Shown here: piece after piece, positions 10,327 to 23,584 of the stretch
Position numbering within the stretch: the stretch's first letter is position 1
Layout of the letters: the number at the start of each line of letters is the position of its first letter
NCBI RefSeq assembly: GCF_036321535.1
Contig: NC_087437.1
Coordinates: 38,814,001 to 38,878,000, forward strand
Source: Camelus dromedarius
Taxonomy: Eukaryota
Length of the DNA stretch: 64,000 bases
Direction of reading: 5' to 3'
Notes under the pieces: generated by a model
The model's input: the letters and a program-made list of their open reading frames with translations, nothing else
What the model was told of the DNA's origin: nothing
Database searches by the model: none
Position numbers and translations under genes: made by a program

Positions 10327-13300
10327 AGGCCATCCACGTAAACACCACTTCTGTTCAATGGTGGAGTGCTGCTGTGCATGCCTTTGTGGCCTGGTGGGTC
10401 AGATAACATGCTCAGGTCTCATGGTAACTTGGTCATCCATGGTTAAGCATTCAGTCTCTAAGGCCTAGTAACAGGCCAAAAGCTGTTCCTCAAAAGTAGA
10501 GTAGTTATTTTCAGAGGGTGATGGGGTTTTGCTCCAAAATCCTAAGGATCTGCACTGTGATCCACCTCTAGGGACTGCTGAAGGCTCCAATCAGCATCCC
10601 TCTCTGCCTCTGACGATTCAGATACCATTGGATCTGCTGGGTCATGGGGCCCAAGGGGCAGCCTTGACCTGTTGCGGAGCCTTCTTGTTTGGGGTCCCAA
10701 TCAAAACGAAGTTTTAGGGACACTCAGTTAATGGGCCAGAGTAACACCCTCAAATGAGGACTAAATTGCTCCCAAATTCATGGACTCACTTGGCATTGTG
10801 CCTCTTTTCTGTTTGTACAAGGGGCCAGATGCAACAACTTATCCTTCACCTTAGAAGGGTTATCTTTCCATGCCCTGCACAGCTGAACCTTTAGAAATTT
10901 CACTGACGTAGAAGGCTTCTGCATTTTTCTCAGATTTATTTCCCACCCTCTGACATGCAAGTGTCTTACCAATAGATCTAGAGTAGTTGGTACTTTTTGC
11001 TCCAATCAGCATAATGTCATCAATGTAATGGACCAGTGAGATATGCTGTGGAAGGGAAAGTGATCAAGATCCCTATGAACTAAATTGTGACTTAGGGCTA
11101 TAGAGTTGATGCACCCCTGAGGTAGGACAGTGAAGGTGGATTGCTGGCCTTGCCAGCTGAAAGCAAACTTCTTCTGGTGGTCTTTACTAACAGGTATCAA
11201 GAAAAAGCATTTGCCAGATCAACAGCTGCATAACAGGTAGCAGATGTGTTAATTTTCTCAAGCAGTGAAACCGTATCTGGTACGGTAGCTGCAATTAGAA
11301 TCACTCCTTGGTTAAGCTTCCAGTAATCCACTGTCATTCTTTAAGATTCATCTGTCTTCTGCACAGACCAAATAAGCAAGTTGAATGGGGATGTTTTGGC
11401 TACTATTTTCCTAGTTAGAGGCAGTTCCAATGGCTTCCACTTGACCTTTCCCACCATAATAGCCCTCACTCCTGGACAAGGAGCCAATGTTGGGGTTCTG
11501 CCAGCTTCTGATTATATCTATTCCAATTATGCATTCCAGAACTGGGGAAATAACCACAGGATGGGTTCAAGGACCCACTGGACCCACTGTGAGAGGGATC
11601 TGAGCTAAAATTCTTAGACCACCTACCCTCTGTAAGCCCCTCCTCTGACTGGTGGACCACAGTGATGTTTCAGGTCTCCTGGAATTAGTGTCAGTTCAGA
11701 GCCAGTGTCTAGTAGTTTCCAAGAGGTCTAATTATTTCCTTTTCCCCAAAGTACAGTTACCCTGGTAAAAGGCTAAAGGTCCTTTTGGCAAAAGCTTGGA
11801 GAAAGACTAACAGTATAAATTTTTGGCAGTATACCAGGGTCCTTCCTTAAGGGGACCCAGCCTCGTCTGTATTCAGAGGGCTCTGAGTCTGAAAACTAAT
11901 TCAAGTCTGGGAATTAGTTGAGAGGTTATGACTCTTTTATAATTCAGGTTAGACTTTTGTCCACTTTCCCTAGAATTTGCTGCTGCTACAGATCAAGTAA
12001 GATGTAGTAAGCTTCCTGTCTGCCTCACTTCTTGGAGCACTATGATCAACCAACCAGTGCCACAGGCCTGTGGAGTCAGGCTATTCAGACTGCTGCTTGA
12101 CTCTGCCATCCATCATGGCAACCATGCCCATCTTGCTTTTGTTGGTTGAGTGCCACCACTTGGCCTTTGCCATCCCAGGATCTAATTACTCCCATCGCAT
12201 TTAGGTTTCTCAAGTCAATGGCTGTAGTCCTCACTACAAGGTCTGGCCTATAGAGACCAGTGATTACAGAGCTCTTCAAGGATGCTGGGGCTTTGTGCAC
12301 AAATTTATTTCTCAGAATGGTGAAAAGTATGTCTTCTGGACTCCCTGGTATGTCTCCTGGTATGTCACCTGGACTCTCAGTTGTGAGTGAGTAGGTCTTA
12401 AATGACAAATCCACTGATTTAACAAATCTACATTCCAAACTCCTTAAGTCTTTGAATCCTTTCCTCTACATTAAACCAAGGCGGGCCTGGCATTTCTAGT
12501 TTGCTCACAGTGGGCTACCCTGTGGTCCATGCTTCATCCAATCAGCCAAGCAGACAGTTAGAACTCTAGCCAACTCCCCAAGCTGTAACATTAAATCCAG
12601 AGTCTCTGCTTAGTAAGCCCATATTGATAATTTCAGCCTGATCTATGTTTGTTTCTTCCACCACTATCCCACACCCTCAGTGTCCATTCCCATGCATGTC
12701 CCCTAGATTTCTGTCTGTGTAAATTTGAAAACTTACGTAGTTCTTTTGGAGTGCAGCCCCCTCCTCACAGTCATACTTTGTACCTTTGTACCTTAGGAGC
12801 CTGCTGGGACCTGAGTCTAGTTAGAAGTCTAGAAGCAAAGAGCGGTAGTGGAGACGGGTGCTGAAAAGAATCAGCTTTGTGTTGCACAGCAGCCCTGTAC
12901 AGGAGAGCGTCAATTTCCTCAGGCAGTGCGGAGTTTATCTTCTCCGATGGAGGGGTGGGGACAGGTGGAGAGGCTGATACCCTGGGCGTAGGGAGGCTGC
13001 TTCCACTGAGAAAGAAGACTCATCAGAATTTAGGGGCTCAGATTCCCCAGCTTCCTCAGGGTCTTCCCACACACTCCTCATTACAATTAAAAGATTCCCT
13101 TTCCCAGTCAGTGCCCTCACTTTTAATAGTAGACACCCTGTGAAGCTGGGAGTTCAACTTGTAGTTCAGTCAATTGCAGGATGAAATTTAGTGTTTGATT
13201 TTCACCAGTCTCAGCCCTGCAGCTACAGGAGATAAAGATCACCTTCAGGACACACATATAAGTGTTTGGCTCATTTATGTGATGCTTGAACTGGGAATTA

Positions 13301-13662
13301 GTATCCCTGAACTCATCCTTTTCTTTTACCACTTTGTCCAGCCACGTTAGGGGAAACCAGCCAACCTCACTATATTCATTAGATTTCCCAAAATGTTTGA
13401 CAGCATTGTATATGCAGTCACTAAGCTCCTTGCTTCTTATAAGTGGTTGGTTGCTTTGAAGTATAATGAAGATATTCTGCATATCTGTATTGCCAGATCA
13501 TGCCATAGGCCGTCAGTGCTCTTGTTACTACTAGAAATAGAGTCATTAGCATCTTTCAATTTAATCTGATTAGAGAGCCAATTAAAAAAAAAAAAAACAG
13601 AACCAGTTCAGAAAGCATCCTTAAAATTCTGTTCCTCTAGAACCACTCTTAGCACCAAAATC
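10327..13662 (-). mobile_element. ERV-L internal region (degenerate gag, protease, RT), truncated before integrase
   Basis: Protease LLDTGSELTLIPG (DTG at 11701-11709). RT motifs FAFSWQGQQSTFTVLPQG and YIDD (11016-11027). PBS-like ggtgctaagagtggttctagagg next to the LTR. Many stops and frameshifts. Confidence 0.92.
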
Positions 13663-14065
13663 TGTATTAGCCAGTGTTCTCCAGAGAAACAAAACCAATA
13701 GAACATATACAAATATTTTTTTCTATAGAAAGAAAGGAATTTCTCATACAATTAAGGAGGCTGAGAAGTCCAGGATGTGCAGTCGGCCAGCTGGAGACCC
13801 AGGAGAGGAGACGGTCAAGTTCTAGTCTGCACCCAAAGGCCTGAGAACCAGGAGAGCAGGAGAGCAGGTTTATTGTATTCAGGCCTTCCAGGGATTGGAT
13901 GAGGCCCACCACACTGGGGAGGGAAATCTGCTGTATTCAGTCTATGAATTTAAATGCTAATCTCATCCATAAACATCCTCACAAACACAGCCAGAAATAA
14001 TGTTTAATCAAATGTCTGTGCCTGCTGTTGTCCAATTGTGTTTACGCATAAAATTAATCATCACA
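13663..14065 (-). mobile_element. MLT2-family LTR (5' LTR of the ERV-L)
   Basis: Minus strand reads TGtgatgattaattttatgcgt...ggctaataCA, directly abutting the internal region. Confidence 0.9.
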
Positions 14066-14069
14066 TGGA

Positions 14070-14600
14070 GGATGATCAAGAAAGGAATCAAAGACAATTC
14101 TATGTTTTCTACTTTAGATCCTTGCCTGAACAATGGGTCCATACTTGCTGAAGAGAATATGGAAAGATGAACAGACTTGAGGTACCGGTAAGAAATTCAG
14201 TGCTAAACATGTGGAGCATCTGTGGCACATCCAGTTGTAAATATATGGCTTTGCATTTGGATTGGAGGTAAAATGTCGACAGCTACTAGTATATAAGCTT
14301 TAGAACGAGTGGATGAAATTTGCCAGAGGAAATCTGGATTGAAAGAAAGAGTCCAGGGTGAAGAATGGAACCCTGGAAAATTACAAACATGAAAGGACAG
14401 GAGAAAGCCAAGGGCTCAAAGGCAAAATAACAGAATGAGGCCAGGAACCCAAGGCAGGGGCTTCAAAAGTAAAGGAAAGGAAGGGCACCATCCACTGCTG
14501 AGGTCCAGTCTGGTAGATACTGAAGGGGGTCCAACAGAAATAGCAAATAGGAGGTCTGTGCTGTCTGCAGGTAGAAAAACCTGCAGACGTGGGATGGATT
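14070..14600 (-). mobile_element. L2 internal fragment
   Basis: Purine-rich degenerate L2-like sequence (aagaaaggaatcaaagacaattctatgttttc..., gaaattcagtgctaaacatgtggag). Confidence 0.5.
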
Positions 14601-15574
14601 GAAAAGTGACCCTGCAAAGGACATAGAGACATGAAACATACACTTACCCTGTCAGCAGCTTCGATTGATGGGAAGTGAAGAGATGACCCAGGATGCAAAC
14701 AGGTTAAAGATTTTTTTCCCCAAAATGCTGAAGGAAGATCAGGGGCGGGAAGAGGATCGATAGGGAACAAGCTCCCTGGAGAAGAATGGGCTCCAGAGAA
14801 AAAATAGGCCCAGAGCATATGAAAAGTTTGGTTTTAGACATGCTGGTATTACTGCCCATTCTTCAATATTAAATTGCATTCTATCATAGGTGATAAATAA
14901 ACATTTCTATGTTTTAGATGTTACCTTTGTATATGTGCTAAGGAAATTGCTTAATTTCATGATTTCAAAAAGTATCTAGGTCCAAATGGAATAATATATT
15001 TGAAATTACTGTGTAAACTCTGAAGAACTATATAACTGCCAGGAGTAAAGTCACTGGGAGCAATTTGAGAGAAATGTAATTTCTGTCCTTTATTCTCTAC
15101 CTAAGTAATAATAATTTGTCCCAGGGCACATGTTTCTTTTGTAAGAGGTTCACAAAATCGTAGTTTCTTGCCTTTCTTTTTTTCTCTCTCTCTGTCTTTT
15201 CCAAATACCTTCCAAATATCTCCTCTGCTTCCTATCTTATAGACCAGTGTTTTTCTGCCCTGCTCTAATGATCTTTTCAGAGTTCTCTATTTTGCTCATT
15301 TCTGCCCCGTGAATCTATCCTAAGCCTAAATTTAATTTTTCTCATACACTGATTGAAACTTCACTATTCTAGTCAAAATCTTGCAATGGCTTCTCCAACT
15401 TCTCCTCTGCATTAAATACAGAATAAAGTCCACATTTCTTAGCCTGGGATTCAAGGCACTCCCTAATCTAGTCTCCACTTTTCTCTGCAGCCTTCTCGCT
15501 AACTTCTGTCTAGTACCTACTTATATTCCACTCCCATCAAGTTGATATGTTTTGCTTCTTGAAGTCATCTAGAT

Positions 15575-15702
15575 GGACCATATCTTTTTATACAGCTTGT
15601 GCCTTTCACAACTTTCAGAGGCACTGTTCACACTGCGTTGTGGCTGGTGCCCCCTGGCATTGTACAGCATACAACCTGCAGAAGTGGTAGCGGCGGCCCC
15701 TG
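15575..15702 (-). mobile_element. MER91-like hAT-Tip100 MITE
   Basis: Minus strand caggggccgccg...ggttgtatgctgtacaatgccagggggcacc, with partial internal symmetry. Confidence 0.6.
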
Positions 15703-15719
15703 TTTCACAGCAAAAATAC

Positions 15720-15801
15720 TGCTCCAACTTCTGAACTTCAGTTACATCATGATCTGGATTTCCAGATCCAGCTGAATTTCCCTCTCTATTCTTCTTCAAA
15801 C
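15720..15801 (-). pseudogene. Candidate exon remnant
   Basis: Acceptor tttctctatatgtag|, open frame LKKNREGNSAGSGNPDHDVTEVQKLE, donor ca|gtattt. Confidence 0.4.
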
Positions 15802-16499
15802 CTACATATAGAGAAATTGTAACTAGATCAAATTCAAACTCATAAGCCCAGTATTCAAAATCTTCTTAAGCTAACTTCTCTGTGAGCATCTCACTTTATC
15901 CTCAGCATGAATGCTCTATTATGAGTGAGCTGTTGTCTATAATCATTTCTCTAGATTGAGTGCCCACCATCGAGCAATTTCGTTCTCTTTCCTTTCACCC
16001 TCACTCCTTCCCACCCTCTTCCAACAATTCAAAAACAATCCATCCTTCATTAAGTTAGACAGTTTCACCATCTCCATAAATCTTCCGGTGCTTATGCTGC
16101 CCCATAATCATCCTTTCTTTCCTGACTTAGTATTGAGGTTATAATCTGTGCTGCAATATTTAACACTTGGTTAATATCACATCTTATGCTCATTTGTCAT
16201 GCATCTAATTTTGTCAGCGATCAGTCAGACCATGATTTTTCAGTGGTTGAAACTTTGGCTTTTATGACATTTGTATCTCTTGAGCATAATACACAGTCTT
16301 ATAGTATATACTTGTTGATTTGATATTTTCACTAAAATTTTAAAAAGATAAAACTCTTATATCAGTCTGTAGGGTTCTTAAAAAGTTAATTTGTAATTTG
16401 TAGTGTAATTTGCAGAGTTTTGGGGGGTTTTTTGGTCTGTTTTTTGTTTTTTACTGTCCAGAAGCTTCTTTAGTCTTTGAGTTCCATTAGGAAACTATG

Positions 16500-16822
16500 C
16501 GTTTATTCTATATCTGGTGTGACTTGATGAAACTCAAGCGAGCCAGTGATTGTCTTCCCTGGAGTATGTGACTCAAGGCCACTGGTGTCTTTCTTGACCA
16601 CCCGGTGGAAAATATCTCCTTAAAAAATGAAGACAAAGAAATGTGGAAAGAGCAGAGAGATAAAGGGGAACTGTAAGGACCTTCTGTGAATGCCTGGATC
16701 CTTTTATACTTGAGGTCAGCTGCATCCCTGGATTGGCCATTTATATGAGTCAATAAATGCCCCCTTTTAGGAACTCAGGCACTTTGAATTGGGTTTCTGT
16801 TGTATTGCAACTGACTCATACA
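16500..16822 (+). mobile_element. MaLR LTR (old MLT1)
   Basis: tgagtcaataaatgccccc...ttgaattgggtttctgttgtattgcaactgactcataCA. Confidence 0.7.
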
Positions 16823-19679
16823 TATGTAATACCATTCTACTATCTTGCATTTTGTATATGCAAGCACTGTGTTAGGTTTTGTTAGTGATATCCACTTGGG
16901 CAACTAACTCATTCTGTCCTTTAGTCACTTTATAATCTAGTAAGAGAAAAAAGGTATACAGATAATAATACATCACAATACAATGATAGGTGCCACATTA
17001 GAAACACAAAGGACTACAGAAGTCAGATAAAGGACTCATCTCTTTTGTTTAAAGGGATCACAGAGGCTTCATGGAGAAGGCAACATTAGAAATGGTCCAA
17101 GGATAGTGCAGGGCTTTCTCAAGGAATGATAAAATATCTAATAATACGGGAGTATAGGTTTTGAATAGTGAGGATTAGAAACTAAATTGGAAAGACAAAT
17201 TGAGGCCAAAGAGTGGATAAACTTAAGAATGCTAAAATATGGGCTTCATTAGAAAAAAGGGAGCCATGCCAGGATTTTGAAGGGGATCAAAGGATTGTGA
17301 AATACACCTACTATTAACAAAAAGAACATTGAAGCTAGTCTATAATGCGGGAGCTTGGGAAGGGAAGTGTAGGAATTATACTTGAATTATAATTTTTGTA
17401 AATCTCTTTCTTTTCATAATGTTTTCTTAAATATCTCTATTAACATCTGTCAACAAAACATTTCTAGCAAAGTGTATTCAAGTATGTGAAGGGATTTGAA
17501 TCGGTATCTTACAGGTATGTTAATCATTTACACTGTCTGTATTCTTCAGAGATTAACCCTTTGCCCAAATCATAGAAAAATCATTACTATGACTGAGTTT
17601 GAATTATTTTTTGACATTTTTACAACATGTTTAAACCTTTAATTATCCATTCAATTCAAGGCTGACGATGATTACATTTACTTGAACTAGCCATAGGCTT
17701 GAAAGTAGAGTGCATTCTTTGGGTTGTGTTATGCAAGGTATTTTTAGAGAATAGATAATCTTATTCTTTTGTCCTTTGTTCGGCTATACTTGGCACTCAG
17801 AAGCCGTGCTTTTGCATTGCATGCACACACTTAGAGAGGAGCTTAGAAAACTTCTCTTTCACCAAATTGTGGGCAGAAAATGACATACTGTGTAGCACAA
17901 GCCAAGTAAAGAAGCGAACTTCCCACAGAATCACGAGACGGCCCCATCTGTAATTCTGGGTGTAGCTATGGTCTCATGCCAAGTCTTTGCTCTAGGGGAG
18001 CTAAATCGGACTCTTTCCCAGAACTTCCGAGAATAGTTGTGTCCGTTGAAGGTCCTGATGCCAAGTGTCTGATGACCACTGGCCCAGACTCACAGGAGTC
18101 CTTTCTACCTGGCAGCTGCCTAGCTCGCCACAGGTTGCTTAGGAGAGGCCATACTGCTCTTTGACAAAGCAGTGTCTTAATCTGAAAGACCAGGACCCAC
18201 TCTGATAATCTTGAGATTAGTAGCAAATTATGTTGTGGTTACTATTGGTAGAGTCACAAAAACTTCTTAAGCATTTTAGAAAGATTTCCACTTGAAATGT
18301 GTTGAAATAGAAAATTTTGTGTGGAAAGGTAGTTGTCTGATATCTGAGAAAAGATAGCTGGGCTGGTTTTCTCTCCTTGGTGACCGACCCAGTACAAATC
18401 ACCAGGTAGGCATTTCTGTGTTGAATTTGTATTGCAAGCTGAAAAGCTAAACCAGGTTCATGTTTGACCATCTTCAGGGAGCAACTATATCTGATTTGAG
18501 TTCAGGAGATAACCTATCTTACACGCTTCTGATTCTGATCTGCCGTTGTGACTGGCCAGACAGAGAAGGGCTAGATCACCTAGGAATAAAGTGGGGCACT
18601 GAGAAAAAGCAGTAGAAGGTGTGAAATTTTAGAGACAAGGGCCTGAGAGAGGCGGCTGTTTCTTACCATGGCCCTTGAGGGAATAGTAGCTTTACCGTTG
18701 TGAGCATGCCTAGGGGGCTTCTGCCTTTTGTTTATTTCTTCTGGCTCCTATGCACTCACCTGTGTTAATATTAATAAATTACTCTTTGCTTAAACACTTC
18801 ATGTAAGGGCCGATTTTCCCCACAGCCTGGAACAGCGCCACCACTACCACAAGATGAAACAAGCATGAAAGAGTGACAAGTGCGCTGGTGAAGCAACACT
18901 CTCCTTTATTTTCTTTGCGCTTCAGATAATAATGACTCTAGGGGAGGAAGAGAAACTCCAGAACGACTTTGTTCTCTTCAAAGCCTGAGCCTCAGGAGGA
19001 AACATAAGACAAGACACCTTTCAGGCTGAGGGGCCACAGAACACACGAGCCCTGTGCCTTTATTTTATTATATTGATGATACTGAGTTCAAAAATTACTT
19101 CATAAAAAACAGCTATGGATAGTGGATAGAAAAAAACCCTCAGTGGTGGCACTTAAATCAAAACTTTAGTTTGTTCATAGGCATTTTCAGTTGCATTGCC
19201 TCTTGAAGCGTGCAGAATTTTAATGCATGAGAGGGGAAAACAAGTAAATGAAAAACCTCTGGATTTTCATCATAAAATCAAATAAATGAAGGGAATGTCT
19301 TCATAATTGTTAGACATACACGGATGAGTAAAGAGTTGCTGAGATTTCCTATTAGTTGACGTGCTGGTTTCCAGTAAAGAAACCAACGTGTACCCTTGGA
19401 CTGTTGGTCAGAGCATCATGGAATGAAACCGAGTGGCCAGTGATGTAGTTTTAGACGAGCACCTGGACCAAGGAAGGGAAGAAAGGAGAGGGAGGGGGAG
19501 GGTTTTCTCCAGGAGCATAATCTTTCCAGGTCGGGCCCCTCTTTTCCAGGCTCACCCACAGCCAGGCTCCCATCCTAACCACGGGCTCCTCGGGTTTTGG
19601 CTTGCCCACCTCCAACCAACTGCACACTTAAATAAGCAATTTCACCTCTTCTCCCCTTGATTACATACCAAGAACTGAG

Positions 19680-19800
19680 TGTTATGTTCTGAATATATCC
19701 CCCCGAGTTTATATATTGCAGCCCTAACCCATGTCATGACTGTGTTTGGACATAGGGCCTGAGACAAGGTTAAATGTGGTCATAAGGGTGACGCCCTATG
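19680..19800 (+). mobile_element. MLT1A/B LTR 5' fragment
   Basis: tgttatgttctgaatatatccccc...gccctaaccc...tttggacatagggcct...ggtcataagggtg. Confidence 0.75.
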
Positions 19801-20557
19801 AAAGGAAGGAATCTTTCTAGTGGCTGGCTGGTTCCAAAAGAAATCAATTGATCACCCCTGACATGTTTATTGTGGTGATTTTTTTTTTGTACCTTCGTCG
19901 TGTAGGTACCAGTGACTTCAACTTTCAAATATTCAGCTGCGTGACTTCAGAGATGTTTGATACAAGGCAACCGATTCTCTTCTATTCTAGCACACATTTG
20001 GCCAGTGTAACACCAGTAGCCCTTTACCTTCCTGTTATTGATGCGCTGATATTTCCTGTAGGTACCAAGTCATGTGTCAACACGAACGTCCATTTTATCT
20101 CCTTTTGGAAGTAAAAAGGAACAATTATCCAGCATCTCAGCTAATTATAATATGTGATAGGCGGGCTTTGGCTTAACTCTGTGAAGAGCATGACCAGGTC
20201 TGTTTTTTTGAATTTCTGATTAATAAATTCACAAATCCCTCATATGCTTCTAGCCCCTCTTAGGATCTCTAACAGTTTCTCCTGCCAGTCTTCTGAAACC
20301 TCACCAATACATTTTTTTTTTTAGCTAATATTTACCAGTTTGACCATAAGAAACAGGGGCACCCATTCTCTTTAATCCATCTGATCCTGTTTATAGTAAT
20401 ATCTTTGTTTATATTTTGAGGTCCATGTTATAAAGCACATTCACATACTTCTCATTGAATCATCACGACCACCTCCAAGGGTAGCTTATATGGTCAGGTC
20501 ATGCCCTCCCTTAGCACCTGCTTTACCTTTGCAGGATTTTCTAATTGCCTGTTTAAT

Positions 20558-20742
20558 TTTTTTTAATTTTAGTAAAGTACAGTCAGTTACAATGTGTCAG
20601 TCTCTGGTATACAGCACAATGTTCCAGGCATGCATATACATACATATATTCGTTTTCATTAAAGGTTATTACAAGATACTGAACACAGTTCCCTGTGCTA
20701 TACAGAAGAAACTTTTTTAAAATCTATTTTTATATATAGTCA
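20558..20742 (-). mobile_element. Short lineage-specific L1 3' end
   Basis: Perfect TSD gcctgtttaat at 20547-20557 and 20743-20753; T-rich tail; cagttccctgtgctatacag motif. Confidence 0.9.
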
Positions 20743-20759
20743 GCCTGTTTAATATTGAT

Positions 20760-20975
20760 CTATGTGCCTTGCGCAGTACTTGGCATACAGTTGGTGTTCA
20801 AAGGAATGGATGACTTGATGAATGAATGAACATTTCTGTCCCTATTTCACCCCTGAGAAAACTTGAGACTCAGAACATCTGAGTCTCTTGCCTAAATTCA
20901 GAGTTAATAAATAGGCTGAGTCAGGGCTCATACTCTTCTGGACTTCAAGCCCTTCCTTTTTCCAACCCAGCTGCT
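20760..20975. mobile_element. L2 3' end (+) followed by MIR (-)
   Basis: cagtacttggcatacagttggtgttcaaaggaatggatg...gaatgaa, then gagaaaacttgagactcaga...cttgcctaaattcagag. Confidence 0.6.
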
Positions 20976-21050
20976 AGACTGCAGAGAAAGCACCGAGACA
21001 AATTTCTCAAACAAATAGAATTGGTAGAAGCCAAATAGGAAGCGTGATTG

Positions 21051-21522
21051 TGTTTTAGTTTCCTAGGGCCGAGGAAATGAAATACCACAAACTAGGTGGC
21101 TTAAAACAATCAAAATGTGTTCTCTCTCACCGTTCTGGAGGTCATGAGTCCACATCAGGGTGTCAGCAGGGTTGGTTTTTTCTTGGGGGCTCAGAGGGAG
21201 AATCTGCAGTCTGGCTCTCTTCTGGATTCTGGTGGTTGTCAGCAATCCTAGGCATTCCCTGGCTTGCGGCAGTACCCACCCCCCCACCCAGTCTCTGCCT
21301 CTGTCTTTCCATGGCTTTCTACTCTGAGTCTGTGTATCCTTTGTTCTTCATAAGGGCAAAGGTGGTTGGATTTAGAGCCCACTCTAATCCAGTATGACCT
21401 CATCTTAACTCATACCTTAATTACATCTCCAAAGACCCTGTTTCCAAGTTGGATCACATATACAGGTACCAGGGTTTAGGACTTCAGCATACCTTCTGGG
21501 GGAACACAGTTCAAACCACAAC
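21051..21522 (-). mobile_element. MLT1B/C MaLR solo LTR
   Basis: tgttttagtttcctagggc...taccacaaactaggtggcttaaaacaa...gggggaacacagttcaaaccacaac. Confidence 0.9.
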
Positions 21523-21629
21523 GGAAGATTTTTTTTAAGGGACTACTGTGTGAATAATTTAAACATAGTTGAATTATTTCCACAGTAACACTTGCCATAG
21601 GACTCAGGTTGTAACTTTATTAAATCACT

Positions 21630-21900
21630 CAGTACACCATTTCCTCAAGTGTGTTTTATAACACTTGTCTGCAGGATATTAAGAGGTACTGCTTCGAGGG
21701 AAAAGGGGTTTTATTATTAAACAGTTTTAAGAAACAGTAGGTCAAAGAAAGTTAAATAGCCTTCTTGCTACGGGACTCCTCGGAGCCATTAATATGCCAG
21801 TGTGCATCACAAAGATGGAGTATGTTTCCCAAACTGATACAATGACAGATCATTTTTTTAACTTGAGTGCTGTCCCAAGGAACACCATTTATGAAACCCT
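21630..21900 (-). mobile_element. MER103-like hAT-Charlie element
   Basis: ggactcctcggagccattaatatgccagtgtgcat...tgtttcccaaact. Confidence 0.6.
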
Positions 21901-22109
21901 ACCTTCACAGTTAACATTATGTTGCAGCTATCTGTTTACAAATTTGTCTCAGTAGATTGTAAGCTTCTGAAAGGCAGAATCCAGATTTCACTAATTTTTG
22001 AATCCTCAGAGCACGCTTAGCATCTGGCAGCGACGGAGCCCTGTGGTTGTACAGGATGCAAACAAATGATGCTTCCTGGACTCATGCAACCCAACCACAC
22101 TGGACATGT

Positions 22110-22670
22110 ATATTATAAGTTGAGATTTTTTTCAGCCATGTCACAAATCTGCCCTCTCTTCCTTGACCGTAAAGAGGTTACCTTTTCTCAGATAGTAAGA
22201 AATTTGAGAGGGGGCAGTCCAGAACCATGCACAGCTGCTCAGAATAAATCATTGAGGACACAGATCATCTTGTTTGCAACTTCTGTAATAGGAGGGTTTC
22301 AGCTCTGTTGCAGAATGGCTGCTTCACAGCCAGCCATCACTTCTGGGCTCCAGGCAGGAAAGGGAAAGTCCATTCTTTCTTATTCTCTTCCTTCCTTCTT
22401 TCCTTCTTGCTCTTGCTCTCTCTCCCTCCTTCCCCACTTTCTCCCTCCACCACCCCCTCTTACACCCCCCTCCTTTTAACATTTAAGAAAATAATAGCTT
22501 TCCTAGAAACCACACCAAGAATTTCAGCCTATATTTTGTTGTCCAGAAGTAGGTCACACAGTCCCCCCAATGCAAGGGAGTCTAAGAAGGTGTTCTTTTA
22601 GGCTCATTGTCAAGCCAAAAATTGGGATCCCATTGGCAAAGAAGAATGAGAGAAAGGCTTTTGAGTATCA
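22110..22670 (-). mobile_element. Old MLT1 (K/L-like) LTR with internal CT-rich tract
   Basis: gttgcagaatggctgcttcacagccagccatcac...tgtccagaagtaggtcaca...tgcaagggagtctaagaa. Confidence 0.65.
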
Positions 22671-23584
22671 GAGTCTTAAATCCTGTGCAATAGGTTTTTT
22701 TTGTCACTATTGTTATTGTTAACTGTAGTAGAGTTGTGGCTATTTCTGACCTATTTATAGAAAAAAAGTTTTTCTTTAATTTAAATATTTTTCTATTTTT
22801 AAATTCCATAAATAAGACATTTGTTTCAGTAATTACTTAAGCTGTTAGGTTATATAACCAACTAGTAATAAACTATCTTGATGAGGGAAAAAATGTGTTG
22901 GAGAGTGTCCCAGGAATTCTGGACCCAGAATAGTAGGCTAATTGAGTGCTTATGCAATCATTGGATAAACTCACAATACAACTGAACAAGGAATTAAATA
23001 TATAACCCCAAAATATCCCATTGATTCACTGCATTGGGAAACCAGTATTAACTTACTGCATCCTATTGATCCAACATGATAAACAGATCATTTTAATGGG
23101 GACTTTGATTCCATCATGGTTCAGTTTCCAACATATGTAGGAATTTTATATCAGCCAGAAAACAGCTAGCAGTCCTTGGGCCATGCTGGTCTGATGTTTG
23201 CTTTACCAAGTTGGTGCTGTTTCCCTCTGAGAGACAGCTATCCTCAATTAAAATCCTGCACTGTTGGCTAAGTAACAGGCCAGCAACCAAGATTTAAATT
23301 GTGGAGAAAAAATTCCGAAGTGTTGTCTGAATAATAGGAAGGAGGAACTCAAAAATAGAAACTGCTTTCTGCTGTGATCACCCTTGCAGCCGTTAGAGAT
23401 TTTCCCATTGATTCTGGGAGTGTAGGACACGCAGATTAAAGATAAAGTAACTGTAGCAGCATTGGCGTGACTTTTTCTGTCAATTTAATTAATTGGAAGT
23501 TTGTGAAACTTAGGACTTTGATATAGCTGCTTTATTTGTCTTTCATTCTATTCTTAGGCTTTCTGTTCCTATTTAGAAGGTAGT

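Larger units (their letters stand above)
18851..23326 (-). pseudogene. Exon-remnant cluster: 23326-23207, 20055-19893, 19400-19320, 18937 to about 18851
   Basis: The first three blocks splice in phase: QHFGIFSPQFKSWLLACYLANSAGF*LRIAVSQRETAPT|WKYQRINNRKVKGYWCYTGQMCARIEENRLPCIKHL*SHAAEYLKVEVTGTYTTK|SKGTRWFLYWKPARQLIGNLSNSLLIR (2 stops in about 120 codons). Block 18937 is open (SHYYLKRKENKGECCFTSALVTLSCLFHL) after tttctcttcctcccctag. Confidence 0.6.
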
